DNA from: Thermoplasmata archaeon | GTDB taxonomy: Archaea; Thermoplasmatota; Thermoplasmata; RBG-16-68-12; JAJISG01 | Assembly (NCBI GenBank): GCA_046759185.1 | Contig: JBHIBO010000009.1 | Span: 194-64,193, forward strand | Length of the DNA stretch: 64,000 nucleotides | Direction of reading: 5' to 3' | Part shown: piece by piece, positions 34,401 through 43,807 of the stretch | Numbering within the stretch: the stretch's first letter is position 1 | Layout: each line of letters starts with the position of its first letter | Program-made: the position numbers and the translations under genes | The notes under the pieces: generated by a model | The model's database searches: none | What the model saw: only the letters and a program-made list of their open reading frames with translations | What the model was told of the DNA's origin: nothing

Positions 34401-37001
34401 CTAGGGCAGGCGTGCCAGCCACTCCGCCACTGCGCTCCTGTTCCGTTCCAGCCAGATGGAATTGAGGCGAATCCGCTCAAGGGCCTGCTGGATTCGCCGC
34501 TTGGCAGCCGGGGCCGGGTTCGCTTTGAAGAAGGTCTCCACCTCCTCCATCCGCTCGGGCGTCGTGAAGGCATCGGTGATGCCCACCACTCTTGCGATGC
34601 TGAATCCCCCTGGGCTGTAACGGCGGTCAAGCTCCGCCCAGTTGTCCTTGACAAACTCCCAGGCCAGGTCGCGCCCGTGCCGGTTCGCGGCAACCCCGAC
34701 GATCACGCTCACGGTGTCCTGGGTGCGCACTTCTTCCTCTTCAAGCGAACGACCCAGGGTCTCCTTCAGGAGCTCGGCCGCCTTGGGTCGAGTCGTGGCG
34801 GTGAGGAGACGAAGCTTCTCCTCGTTCAAATCCGCTTCCCGTTCGAGGTGCCAGAGGGCCTCGTACGACGCCCTGTCTCCCTCCTGTCCCGCGATGCCGT
34901 ACGTGACCCCCTTCAGATCGGGAGCTAGTGTGGTCGGGTCGCCCAGGTACGCATCGAAGCGCCGCAGGGCCTCTGCCACGGTCCCTTGGTCCTCGACCCA
35001 GCCCAAACGACCCAGGACGGCGCTGCGCATGAGGGCCTCCAGATGGCTCTCTTCGGGGGTGGCATCCCAACCGACCCGTTCGGCGACAGGACGGAAGAGG
35101 CGGCGCACATACCCCTGGAAGTCCGGGAGGTAGGGCTCATCGGCGATGAGGACTTCGAAGGCATGAAGGTTGGAGGCAATCTCGCGCCAGATAGTCGAGT
35201 CCGTCTCCTCCACGTAGGCTTGTGTGAGGGACAGATAGAGGGTGGCCGGCACGTAGCCCGCCCGCATGAGGGCGTAGGCATCGCTCTGGAGGCCGAGACG
35301 GTCCACCGAGGGGAGTCCTGCCGCCCGGAGGGCTGAGAACAGATGTTCCCATTCTTCCGACGGGTAGTTCACGCGGTAAAAACCGGTCTGGCCCGCGTTC
35401 ACCTTGAACCAGTCAAGCTTCTCGCGGGTGGTGGCAGGAAAGACATGGCCCACGGCCCGATTTTCAGCAAGGAGGGAAGCCGGCGAGCCTCCCGCGCGCT
35501 GAATGGCAATCGGCACCTTCCACAGGGTCTCGTCCTTTCCGGGCCCCTCGAGGTGCTCGTAGAGGAAGCGAGATTGCGTTAGACCCACGCGCAGTTCCGT
35601 GTTCTCGCGTTGACTCTCCACCTCGAGTAGGGGGAATCCGGTCTGCCGCACCCAGCTGGCCATGAGGGCCCGCACCGGCTCCCCCGAGGCGGTCTCCAAG
35701 GCATTCCATAGGTCCCCGGTGCGAGCGTTACCATACGCGTGGGCATCCATGTACGCCCGCAGCCCCTTCTGGAACGTCTCCTCCCCCAGGAACTGCTCCA
35801 ACATCCGCAAGACGCTGGCACCCTTGGCGTAACTGATGTTGTCAAAGATCTCCCGGATCTCCGCGGGGTTATGCACCGGGACCTCGATAGGATGGGAGTT
35901 TCGGAGACCGTCCAACGTCAGGCCCACCGCCGTGTCCTGATAGAGGAACTGGGTCCACATGTGCCACTCCGGGTAGAGCGCCGCCACCGCCTTGGTTCCG
36001 ATCCACGAGGCGAAGCTCTCGTTGAGCCAGAGGTCGTCCCACCACTCCATGGTCACAAGATCGCCAAACCACATGTGGGCGACCTCGTGGGCCATGACGT
36101 CCACGATGTACTGGCGGGTGATACGGGCCGATTCCTTCGGGTCGAATAGGAGGATGCGTTCCCGATAAGTGATGGCCCCCCAGTTCTCCATGGCCCCAGC
36201 CGCGAAGTCGGGAAGGGCCAGGTGATCCAACTTGGGGAGCGGGTAGGGGATGCCAAAGTAGTCGTTGAAATAGTCCAGGATCTGAACGGCACTCTCCAGG
36301 GCGAAGCGGCCCAGTTCCTCCTTGCCCCTCACCGTGACGACGCGCACCTGGGTCCCTCCGCCCGCGGTCGTTTCCACGGCGGCCAGGTCTCCCACAACAA
36401 AGGCGAGCAGGTAGGTGGACATCCGTGGGGTCTCCGCGAACCGCACGGCCTTCGTCCCGTCGCCGAGGTCCTTCTCTTCCACCACCGGTGTGTTTGACAC
36501 GGCGGTGAGCTGGGAGGGCACGACGAGGGTGAGGTCGAAGGTGGCCTTTCGCGCGGGTTCATCCCAGCAGGGGAACGCCCTCCGGGCATCCGTGGCCTCG
36601 AACTGCGTCGTCGCCATGAAGTGGTCCTCGCCCTCGGGGTTCGTGTATTGACTCCGATAGAACCCCCGGAGCTGATCGTTCAGAATCCCAGTGAAACGGA
36701 GGGACACAACGGCCTTCCCGGCCGGGAGGCTCTTGGCAAACCTCAGCGTGACCCGTTGCATCTCAGCATCCAGGTCGATGTTCTCGGGCTCCAGCACCTC
36801 TTCGTCTCTTCCGGTCAGCTGGGCCCCGAGGATCTCCAGCTCGATGGCGTTCAGGGAAACCTCGGACGTCGCCTCACGCACGGTCACATCGATGTCCACC
36901 TCCCCCTCGAAGGTGAGAGCCTCCAAGTCGGGCGTGAGAGACAGGGTGTACTTTTCCGGGATCACGCTGGTCGGCAGGCGATAGGTTTGTTCCTCACTCA
37001 T
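34401..37001 (-). CDS. pepN: M1-family aminopeptidase N (tricorn-interacting factor F3-like)
   Basis: GAMEN motif and zinc site HEVAHMWFGD...WLNESFA. Start placed at the ATG giving MSEEQTYRLPTS. Confidence 0.85.
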   Translation of the reverse strand: MSEEQTYRLPTSVIPEKYTLSLTPDLEALTFEGEVDIDVTVREATSEVSLNAIELEILGAQLTGRDEEVLEPENIDLDAEMQRVTLRFAKSLPAGKAVVSLRFTGILNDQLRGFYRSQYTNPEGEDHFMATTQFEATDARRAFPCWDEPARKATFDLTLVVPSQLTAVSNTPVVEEKDLGDGTKAVRFAETPRMSTYLLAFVVGDLAAVETTAGGGTQVRVVTVRGKEELGRFALESAVQILDYFNDYFGIPYPLPKLDHLALPDFAAGAMENWGAITYRERILLFDPKESARITRQYIVDVMAHEVAHMWFGDLVTMEWWDDLWLNESFASWIGTKAVAALYPEWHMWTQFLYQDTAVGLTLDGLRNSHPIEVPVHNPAEIREIFDNISYAKGASVLRMLEQFLGEETFQKGLRAYMDAHAYGNARTGDLWNALETASGEPVRALMASWVRQTGFPLLEVESQRENTELRVGLTQSRFLYEHLEGPGKDETLWKVPIAIQRAGGSPASLLAENRAVGHVFPATTREKLDWFKVNAGQTGFYRVNYPSEEWEHLFSALRAAGLPSVDRLGLQSDAYALMRAGYVPATLYLSLTQAYVEETDSTIWREIASNLHAFEVLIADEPYLPDFQGYVRRLFRPVAERVGWDATPEESHLEALMRSAVLGRLGWVEDQGTVAEALRRFDAYLGDPTTLAPDLKGVTYGIAGQEGDRASYEALWHLEREADLNEEKLRLLTATTRPKAAELLKETLGRSLEEEEVRTQDTVSVIVGVAANRHGRDLAWEFVKDNWAELDRRYSPGGFSIARVVGITDAFTTPERMEEVETFFKANPAPAAKRRIQQALERIRLNSIWLERNRSAVAEWLARLP

Positions 37002-37126
37002 CGGACTCCTCCTTCCTCCGCAGGCTCGCCCAAGGCCCCTCCCATGTATGTATTTGACGACCACCAAGAGTATTTACCCAACGCAAGAATATTCTGACAA
37101 GCTGGCGAGCGTCAAGGCGGTGTGCC

Positions 37127-38875
37127 ATGCCAGAAGGAGATGTCGCAGTCCGAATTGGAGGCGCCGCCGGGGATGGGGTCACCTCGACGGGCGAGATTTA
37201 CGCCATTACCTGCGCCCGGAGCGGCCTCCACGTCACGACCTACGAGAGCTATCAGTCGGTCATCCGTGGCGGCCACGTGTGGTTTCAGATCCGGGCGGCT
37301 AATGAGAAGCGGTACTCGCAGGGGGACACCTTCCACCTCCTCGCTGGCTTGGATCAGCAGACCTTGGACATCCACGTGCCCTTGCTCACGCCGCCGGGGG
37401 GCGTGATCTTCGACGCCGATCGACACGACCTGGACGCAAGCACGCTCCCGGAAGGGGTGCGATCCTTCCCCTTGCCGTCCCAGGCCATTTCCATGGACGT
37501 GAGCGGGAAGCCCCTCATGCAGAACGTCGCCACCCTCGGGGCGATCGTTCACCACGTCGGGCTCGATCTGAAGGTCCTCAACAGCGGCCTCGCCAAGATG
37601 TTCGGGCGAAAGGGGGAGGAGATCGTCAAGCTCAACGAGACGGTGGCGGAGAGGGGCTACGAGCACGCCCAGGAGCACCACAAGGCCCACGCGTTCGGCC
37701 TGCGACCCAACGAGGAGGGTCGGCCCCTCATGTCCGGGAACCAGTCCATCTGCCTCGGCGCCCTGGCGGGGGGCGTGAAGCTGGTGGCCCAGTACCCCAT
37801 GACCCCTGCCTCCTCCATCATGCACTGGATGGCCGCGCACGCCAAGGATTACGGGGTCCTCTTGAAGCAGACGGAGGACGAGCTGGCGGCCATGAACCTC
37901 ATCATCGGAGCCAACTACGCGGGGGCCCGGGCGATGACCGCCACGTCCGGCGGCGGCTACTCCCTCATGGTGGAAGCGACAGGCCTGGCGGGAATGACGG
38001 AGACCCCGGCCGTGATTGTGGAAGTCCAGCGAGCGGGCCCCTCGACGGGACTGCCTACCAAGACGGAGCAAGGCGACCTCCAGATGGTTTTCGGGGCCTC
38101 TCAGGGGGACTTCCCGCGGATCATTTTGGCTCCTCGGAACCCGGAGGAGTGCTTCGAGGCCGCCTGGCGCGCCTTCAACCTGGCCGAGAGCTACCAGTGT
38201 CCCGTGTTCATCATGTCCGACCTCTACCTCGGGGAAATGTGGCGGACGGTGGAACCCCCTGACTTCCAGGTGCCCATCGTTCGGGGCCTCGTTGTCGAGG
38301 AGGGGGAGGAGGACTACCACCGGTACAAGATTACAGAATCCGGTATCTCACCTCGGGCGCTTCCCGGAGAGTCCGGCCTCATGTTCGTCGCTGGTAGTGA
38401 CGAGCACAACGAGAAGGGCGAGCTTCTCAGCGACGTTCTGGCCGGCATTCCGGAGCACATCGATACGCGCGCTCGGATGATGGACAAAAGGATGCGAAAG
38501 CTCGAGACAGCCCTGAATGAAATGAAGCCGCCGGAGCTGTGGGGGCCGGAGAGCGCGGACCTGACCCTCGTCTCCTGGGGGTCCACCCAGGCGGCCGTGC
38601 GAGACGCCCTCGAGATTCTCCAGGGGAATGGGGTGACCGCCAATTCCCTTGAGTTCTCGGACCTATGGCCGCTCCGAGTGGAAGAGGCACGAAATGCGTT
38701 GGAGGCCGCCTCCGAGACGCTTATCATAGAGGCGAACCACACAGGCCAATTCCACCGTCTGCTGCGGTCGGAGACGGGCATCCGATCGGATCACGAGTTC
38801 CTCAAGTATGACGGGGAGCCCTTCTACCCGCGGGAGGTCGCGCGGAAGGCGCAGGAGGTGCTGCGTGGCCGTTGA
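37127..38875 (+). CDS. 2-oxoacid:ferredoxin oxidoreductase subunit alpha (fused gamma-alpha type, two-subunit OFOR)
   Basis: 582 aa. N-terminal gamma-like domain followed by an alpha domain (GYPMTPASSIM). Confidence 0.85.
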   Translation: MPEGDVAVRIGGAAGDGVTSTGEIYAITCARSGLHVTTYESYQSVIRGGHVWFQIRAANEKRYSQGDTFHLLAGLDQQTLDIHVPLLTPPGGVIFDADRHDLDASTLPEGVRSFPLPSQAISMDVSGKPLMQNVATLGAIVHHVGLDLKVLNSGLAKMFGRKGEEIVKLNETVAERGYEHAQEHHKAHAFGLRPNEEGRPLMSGNQSICLGALAGGVKLVAQYPMTPASSIMHWMAAHAKDYGVLLKQTEDELAAMNLIIGANYAGARAMTATSGGGYSLMVEATGLAGMTETPAVIVEVQRAGPSTGLPTKTEQGDLQMVFGASQGDFPRIILAPRNPEECFEAAWRAFNLAESYQCPVFIMSDLYLGEMWRTVEPPDFQVPIVRGLVVEEGEEDYHRYKITESGISPRALPGESGLMFVAGSDEHNEKGELLSDVLAGIPEHIDTRARMMDKRMRKLETALNEMKPPELWGPESADLTLVSWGSTQAAVRDALEILQGNGVTANSLEFSDLWPLRVEEARNALEAASETLIIEANHTGQFHRLLRSETGIRSDHEFLKYDGEPFYPREVARKAQEVLRGR

Positions 38876-39731
38876 GGTCCACGTCATCAAGTCGGACACG
38901 AAGGTCACCTGGTGCCCCGGCTGTGGTGACTTCGGCGTCCTGAACGCGACCTTGAAGGCGGTTCAGGCCACGCAGCTCGATCCCAAGGACCTGGTCGTGG
39001 TCTCCGGGATCGGCTGTTCATCCAACTTCCCCCACTTCCTCCGGTCCTACGGCTTCCATGGCATCCACGGGCGTGTCATGCCCGTCGCCTCGGGAATTCG
39101 CTTGGCCAACCCGGAACTCACGGTCATCGCGACGGGCGGCGACGGGGACGGGTACGGCATCGGCCTCGGCCACTTCATTCACGCCATGCGGCGCAACTTC
39201 GACCTCACGTACATCGTGATGAACAACGAAATCTACGGTCTCACCACGGGGCAAGCCTCCCCCACGAGCGAGAAGGGCCACGTCACGAAGTCCACGCCTT
39301 GGGGGTCCATCGAGTGGCCCGTGAACCCCATTGCCCTTGCTCTCAGTGCCGGTGCCTCGTACATCTCGCGGGGCTTCTCCGGGGACCCCAAGCAGATGGC
39401 CACCCTCATCGAAGGTGGTCTCCGACACAAGGGATTCGCCCTCGTGGACGTCTTCTCTCCCTGCGTGACGTACAACAAGGTGAACACCTACCCCTTCTTC
39501 CGGGAACGGATCTACAAGCTGGAGGATGAAAGCCACGACACGTCGGACCTCATGGCGGCGTACGCGAGAGCGCACGAATGGGGGGATAGGATCCCGATCG
39601 GTCTTTTCTACCAGGTTGAGAAGCCTACGTACGAGGAGGAGGAGCCTGCGTTGAAACTCGGCCCGCTGGTGAGGCAGCCCCTGGCCCTCTCCAAGGAGCA
39701 GAGGAGACAGCTCCTCACAGAGTTCCTCTGA
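38865..39731 (+). CDS. 2-oxoacid:ferredoxin oxidoreductase subunit beta (TPP-binding)
   Basis: Motifs WCPGCGDFG and GIGCSS...ATGGDGDGYGIG. GTG start overlaps the alpha-subunit stop. Confidence 0.8.
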   Translation: MAVEVHVIKSDTKVTWCPGCGDFGVLNATLKAVQATQLDPKDLVVVSGIGCSSNFPHFLRSYGFHGIHGRVMPVASGIRLANPELTVIATGGDGDGYGIGLGHFIHAMRRNFDLTYIVMNNEIYGLTTGQASPTSEKGHVTKSTPWGSIEWPVNPIALALSAGASYISRGFSGDPKQMATLIEGGLRHKGFALVDVFSPCVTYNKVNTYPFFRERIYKLEDESHDTSDLMAAYARAHEWGDRIPIGLFYQVEKPTYEEEEPALKLGPLVRQPLALSKEQRRQLLTEFL

Positions 39732-39908
39732 TCTCCAACCCGCAGGTGGTGTCGCCCTCGAATCAGTGGGCTCAGGCCCTATCCCAGCGAGGCGGGACCC
39801 TGCAAGAACTCAGTGTCCTTTAACTCCGACAGTTTCGATTCCGATGACCCCAGATCGGCCTTGGTCAGAGTCGCATCTCGGCTCAGCCGGAATCAAGAGA
39901 AGAGAAGT

Positions 39909-39933
39909 GAGGGAGACGACGGTGGCCTCCCTC
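39909..39933. terminator. 7-bp stem hairpin (GAGGGAG-N11-CTCCCTC) in a convergent intergenic region
   Basis: Perfect inverted repeat between the convergent OFOR beta subunit and the cupredoxin gene. There is no T-tract, so a terminator function is uncertain. Confidence 0.25.
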
Positions 39934-39951
39934 GTGGGACGTTTGCCACGC

Positions 39952-40494
39952 CTAGCTGACGACGAATCCACCCTCCAGTTTCATGAACTGGTGGCCCCAG
40001 CCGCAGAACTGGTTGCACTGGATGTCAAAGGTTCCGGCCGTATCTGCGAGGAAGGTTACGATCGTGGGGGAGGCCGAGTCCCCTACGGCGGGAATGTTCA
40101 GGTCGTACCCGCTGATCATGACGGAGTGGTCTTCCAAGCCTTGGTTCTCCGCCTCTTCGATGAGGTCGCGGAGTTCCAGGCCCGTCTTTCCGCCAAACTG
40201 GGTGTTGTTCTCCCACGCTGCAATCGTCCGATCCATGAACTGTCCATGAATCGCATGGCTCAGGGCCTCGGCACCCATGACCAAGAGGGTCACTTCCGTG
40301 CCTCGTGCTGCTTCGATGCGGGGCACTTCGGTGCCGTCCTCGTCGTAGATGACGAAGCCCCAGTGATGCGCGACGACAGTGAACGTCGCCTGGGGTGCCG
40401 GAGCCGGGACCGTCAGAGCGATGACGCCCCCTCCGATCGCGAGGCCGGCGACTAGTGCGACACCAATCCAGATCCAGAGCCTCCTATTCTCCAT
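39952..40494 (-). CDS. CuA-type cupredoxin, cytochrome c oxidase subunit II-like (single N-terminal TM)
   Basis: CuA ligand pattern H...CNQFCGWGHQFM (CxxxCxxxHxxM); a TCTATAAAG TATA-like box lies 24-32 nt upstream on its strand. Confidence 0.6.
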   Translation of the reverse strand: MENRRLWIWIGVALVAGLAIGGGVIALTVPAPAPQATFTVVAHHWGFVIYDEDGTEVPRIEAARGTEVTLLVMGAEALSHAIHGQFMDRTIAAWENNTQFGGKTGLELRDLIEEAENQGLEDHSVMISGYDLNIPAVGDSASPTIVTFLADTAGTFDIQCNQFCGWGHQFMKLEGGFVVS

Positions 40495-40517
40495 GAGAAT
40501 GACGTTCGCCTTTCGAA

Positions 40518-40526
40518 TCTATAAAG
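40518..40526. promoter_or_regulatory. TATA-like element TCTATAAAG in a divergent intergenic region
   Basis: AT-rich element 24-32 nt upstream of the minus-strand cupredoxin start (leaderless spacing) and about 50 nt upstream of the plus-strand wHTH gene. Confidence 0.4.
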
Positions 40527-40575
40527 AGAGAGGGCAATTCCCCGAGCTGAGTCCCAGAGTTGGGAATGAGCTCCC

Positions 40576-40938
40576 ATGCTTATCAAGGACCGCAGGCTCC
40601 AAGACGCGCTCTTACGAGCGCTTGCCGACGAGCAGAGCAGGCGGATTCTCGCGGCGACGAGCAACCGTCCCCGGTCTGCGGCGGACCTGATCCATGAGGA
40701 AGGACTCCCCAGTTCGTCGACCTACCGGCGGCTCCACGAACTGGAGGAGGAGGGCCTGCTGGCGGTGGCTCGGACCGTCCTGACGTCGGAGGGGAAGAAG
40801 TACCTGATGTACAAGGCGACCTTTCGTGAGGTGAGCTTGAAGTTCCAATCCGGAGAGGTGGTTGTCTCGGCCGTCCCCAACCTCGATGCGGTCCAGAAGG
40901 CGTTCCGCCTCTTCCACTCCTTCCAGGAGGAGCAATAG
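40576..40938 (+). CDS. ArsR/TrmB-like winged-HTH transcriptional regulator
   Basis: wHTH segment RRILAATSNRPRSAADLIHEEGLPSSSTYRRLHELEEEGLL; its stop overlaps the start of the first small membrane gene. Confidence 0.6.
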   Translation: MLIKDRRLQDALLRALADEQSRRILAATSNRPRSAADLIHEEGLPSSSTYRRLHELEEEGLLAVARTVLTSEGKKYLMYKATFREVSLKFQSGEVVVSAVPNLDAVQKAFRLFHSFQEEQ

Positions 40939-41222
40939 TGGTCGACCACCCCTACCTCGTGGCAGCCAAGATCACCGTCCTCCTCCTCGGTAGTGCCATC
41001 GCCCTCCTGTCGTACCTGGCGCATCGGCGGAACGGCGGACCTATCATGCTGGCCCTCTCCGCGGGGTTCGCCCTCATCGCGTTCGGTTCCTTCCTGGAGG
41101 GCCTTCTCTTCGAGGTCCTTCGGTGGGACCTCCCTACGGTCCATCTGGTCGAGTCCGTCTTCGTCCTCGCAGGACTCGTGACCTTGGCCATCGTGCTACG
41201 TCCGAGGGGCGTGAGAAGCTGA
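40938..41222 (+). CDS. Small two-TM membrane protein (paralogue A1)
   Basis: 94 aa with two hydrophobic helices separated by a basic loop (HRRNGGP); the segment AGFALIAFGSFLEGLLFEVLRWDL is shared with the fourth gene of the array. Confidence 0.5.
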   Translation: MVDHPYLVAAKITVLLLGSAIALLSYLAHRRNGGPIMLALSAGFALIAFGSFLEGLLFEVLRWDLPTVHLVESVFVLAGLVTLAIVLRPRGVRS

Positions 41223-41245
41223 CCATCTGGGCCTCCCTCAGTATT

Positions 41246-41485
41246 GTGGCCCTCATCGTGGCCGCCTTCCCACCCACGTACTTCGCGGTGAGACTGCGTA
41301 AGTCGAATCCCGCCTATGCGCGCCTAGCCGGTTTCCTCGCCCTCGCCCTCGCCGTCCACGTCATCTTCCACGTTGCCGACCTGTTCGTAGGAATCTCGGC
41401 ACTCGTCTTGGGCGTGGAGGCCCTCTCCGCCGCGTTTATCTTGGTTTTCGCGGCGCTATACTGGAAGCTTCGTGAGGAGGGATAG
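41246..41485 (+). CDS. Small two-TM membrane protein (paralogue B1); start uncertain (GTG)
   Basis: Hydrophobic helix, basic loop (RLRKSNP), second helix. The upstream part of the ORF-track ORF overlaps gene A1 in another frame and was trimmed. Confidence 0.4.
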   Translation: MALIVAAFPPTYFAVRLRKSNPAYARLAGFLALALAVHVIFHVADLFVGISALVLGVEALSAAFILVFAALYWKLREEG

Positions 41486-41514
41486 CCACCGTCCTCGAGT
41501 CCCCCCTCCAGATC

Positions 41515-41787
41515 GTGGTCCTGTCATTCCTAGGGCTCTCCTTGGCCATCTTCCTTGTTCGCATGCTCCGCGATCGGACCCCCCGTAGGGGAAAGGTCCT
41601 GGGCTTCGGGATTGGGTTCTCGACCTTCCTCTCTGCTTGGATTCTCGTTGAGCTCATCGGCACGCTGGCGCCTCTAGCCTGGGCGGAGATCAGCGACACC
41701 TTGCACTTCGGCGTCTTGCTCGCGCTCGCCGTCTGGCTGAACGTGCGTTGGGGATGGGCGTTTCTGGCAGCCCGGGAGGGGAGCTGA
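41515..41787 (+). CDS. Small two-TM membrane protein (paralogue B2)
   Basis: 90 aa with the same helix / basic loop (RMLRDRTPRRG) / helix layout. Confidence 0.45.
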   Translation: MVLSFLGLSLAIFLVRMLRDRTPRRGKVLGFGIGFSTFLSAWILVELIGTLAPLAWAEISDTLHFGVLLALAVWLNVRWGWAFLAAREGS

Positions 41788-42068
41788 CGGAGCACCCCAC
41801 CCTCGCCGTCTTTCGCCTCGCCATCGTCGCTGCGGGGGCGATCGTGACCCTCTGGGGGCTGCGGATGGTCGTTCAGGCCCGCGGTCACCGGGATACGTTT
41901 CTCTTTTTGACCGCAGGATTCGCCCTTCTGACCCTCGGGGCGGTGGTTGAGGGCGTCCTCTTCGAGTTCTTCGGATGGGACCTGACCCCGGCCCACACTG
42001 CCGAGGCACTGATAGCAGCGCTCGGATTCGCCCTCATCTTAATCTCCATCCAACGGAGCCAGATATGA
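41748..42068 (+). CDS. Small two-TM membrane protein (paralogue A2); start uncertain
   Basis: Clear similarity to A1 (HP.L...AGFAL..G..EG.LFE..WDL...H). Overlaps B2 by about 40 nt if the TTG at 41748 is used. Confidence 0.5.
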   Translation: MGMGVSGSPGGELTEHPTLAVFRLAIVAAGAIVTLWGLRMVVQARGHRDTFLFLTAGFALLTLGAVVEGVLFEFFGWDLTPAHTAEALIAALGFALILISIQRSQI

Positions 42069-42223
42069 GAGCACAAGGAGCGGGCCGTCAAGGAAGCCGT
42101 CAGACATCGTTCTGAGGTCGATGGCGCCTCAGTCTAGTCATGTCGGTCTCGACCCGCGCGTGACGCTTCACGACGGTACCCGTCCAGGTCGGAGCCAGGC
42201 GGTTCCTCGCAAGAGGGGCGTTC

Positions 42224-43360
42224 TTAGGGCCGGAAGCGCGTGGGCCGCCCCCGTCTCCGGCCCACCCTCTGAGAGAGCTGGGCCTTCGAGAGCAGCTTCT
42301 CCTCAACGCTGGCCAGGAGTCTCGCTTCAAAGTCCTCCCCATCCCCTCGTCCAAATACGAGGGACCAGTCAAGCAAGTACTCTCCATTCGTGGCTCCCTC
42401 CACCGCCCCGATGCCCGCCTCCGTTCGCATCAGCACCGTGTCGAACCCGGTCGGAGACCCGGTACGGCCCACGGAGAGATCGGCAAAGCGGTTGGAGTAG
42501 TCAAGGCAGGAGAGGCAGCTGGAATCAAAGGCCAGATAGAACTCGGCCAGATCGATGCGCGAATCGGTCCCGTCCGAGTATCGAACGCGAACATCGTCGG
42601 GGACGGTGATGGATTCAACGAGCCGGCCCTGGGGGCTCACGGCCCGCTCGAAGAATCCCCTCTTCCATCGGGCATTCGAGAGGGCACCATAGCAGAACTC
42701 CCCGATGATGAGGGCGATGTCCTGACTTGGCGGGACCCCGTTGAGCTGCATCCGTCGAATCATCCGGGTCTGGCAGGGCTTGCTCACTACGGCCAGGCGC
42801 AGGGGCTTTGGCTCCGAGCGCCAGAGGTCGCGCAGGAAGCGTACCGTCTGAGGCTTGCGGAACGGGTCTCCCCGCGGCACTTCGACCGGGTCCTCTCGGC
42901 GGATCAGGGCGTGTCCGGTCGGGTTCGTGCCAGGAGGTGCCGGAACGACTGCGGCATCGATCTTCCCTGCCTCGAGGAGGTAGGTCAAGAGCGCGCGGAG
43001 GGTTCCCCGGTCATCTGGGCGAGGTTCCCACGAGGAGGAAGTCAGGCAGGTTGCCCGCAGGACGCGGCCCAAGGGACTCTCGCGGATCCCGTATCGGGTC
43101 TCCAGGGCCAGGTCCAGCTCTTCGACTTCCGGACAGGAGACGTAGCACATCCCAGCGGTCGCGCACTCGGAGGGCGCGTACTCGAAGGCGTCGCCACTGA
43201 CGGCGGCCGCGTCACATCCCTCCCGGGCACAGGCATCGAGACAGATGAGACAGAAGGTGCACCTACCGGGGTCGTAGACCTCGCGCAGGAGGTCCGCGAA
43301 TGTCTTGGGGGCCTCCCAAAGAGATCCGTCGGAGGTTCTCACTGCCACGGGCTGGGGCAT
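42224..43360 (-). CDS. FrhB/FdhB-family protein (coenzyme F420 hydrogenase/dehydrogenase beta subunit-like) with N-terminal 4Fe-4S motifs
   Basis: N-terminal Cys clusters CTFCLICLDAC and CYVSCP, followed by an FrhB-like body; 378 aa. Confidence 0.65.
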   Translation of the reverse strand: MPQPVAVRTSDGSLWEAPKTFADLLREVYDPGRCTFCLICLDACAREGCDAAAVSGDAFEYAPSECATAGMCYVSCPEVEELDLALETRYGIRESPLGRVLRATCLTSSSWEPRPDDRGTLRALLTYLLEAGKIDAAVVPAPPGTNPTGHALIRREDPVEVPRGDPFRKPQTVRFLRDLWRSEPKPLRLAVVSKPCQTRMIRRMQLNGVPPSQDIALIIGEFCYGALSNARWKRGFFERAVSPQGRLVESITVPDDVRVRYSDGTDSRIDLAEFYLAFDSSCLSCLDYSNRFADLSVGRTGSPTGFDTVLMRTEAGIGAVEGATNGEYLLDWSLVFGRGDGEDFEARLLASVEEKLLSKAQLSQRVGRRRGRPTRFRP

Positions 43361-43453
43361 GACACGGCCTGTCTAAGGCCTTTGAGAAAGGCATGTATAT
43401 GCTGACGCTTAGAGTAAGTATACCGCGCCACATAGAATGTACTGGAGGTATCC

Positions 43454-43807
43454 ATGCGCATTCGGACCCCCGTCGACGAACGGATTACCCTTCACGTGCT
43501 CCGGCATCCGCCCTCGGCCGGAGAGGCGGCGGAAGACGCTCGCGAGGTCGAAAGGCCCCGTGGAGCCTTGCGGGAGGCCCTGGGACGTGCAGACCAGGAA
43601 TATCGGAGCGTCCTCCGGGAGGTGAAACCCGTCTTCTATTACGGAAACGCCACGCCAACCGTCATGCGCATCCCTCGCCCAACGGCCGATCGACTCCGCT
43701 CATCTCTGCGCCTCCGGGAGACCGTTCACGGGGTGTGGGGGCCAGAGACCGTCCAACATGGTGACGCCCTGTACGAGCTCTGGATCCAGCATCAGCTCTG
43801 CGGCTAG
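43454..43807 (+). CDS. Hypothetical protein with internal duplication (MRIRTPVDERI / MRIPRPTADRL)
   Basis: ATG preceded by a GGAGGT Shine-Dalgarno sequence 5 nt upstream and TATA-like AAGTATAC about 30 nt upstream. Confidence 0.45.
   Translation: MRIRTPVDERITLHVLRHPPSAGEAAEDAREVERPRGALREALGRADQEYRSVLREVKPVFYYGNATPTVMRIPRPTADRLRSSLRLRETVHGVWGPETVQHGDALYELWIQHQLCG

Noticed and set aside
41123-41245. N-terminal 40 codons of the ORF-track ORF for mini-membrane protein B1
   Set aside because: This segment overlaps the C-terminus of protein A1 in another frame and encodes a Pro/Arg/Gly-rich non-hydrophobic sequence. The hydrophobic protein more plausibly starts at a downstream GTG.
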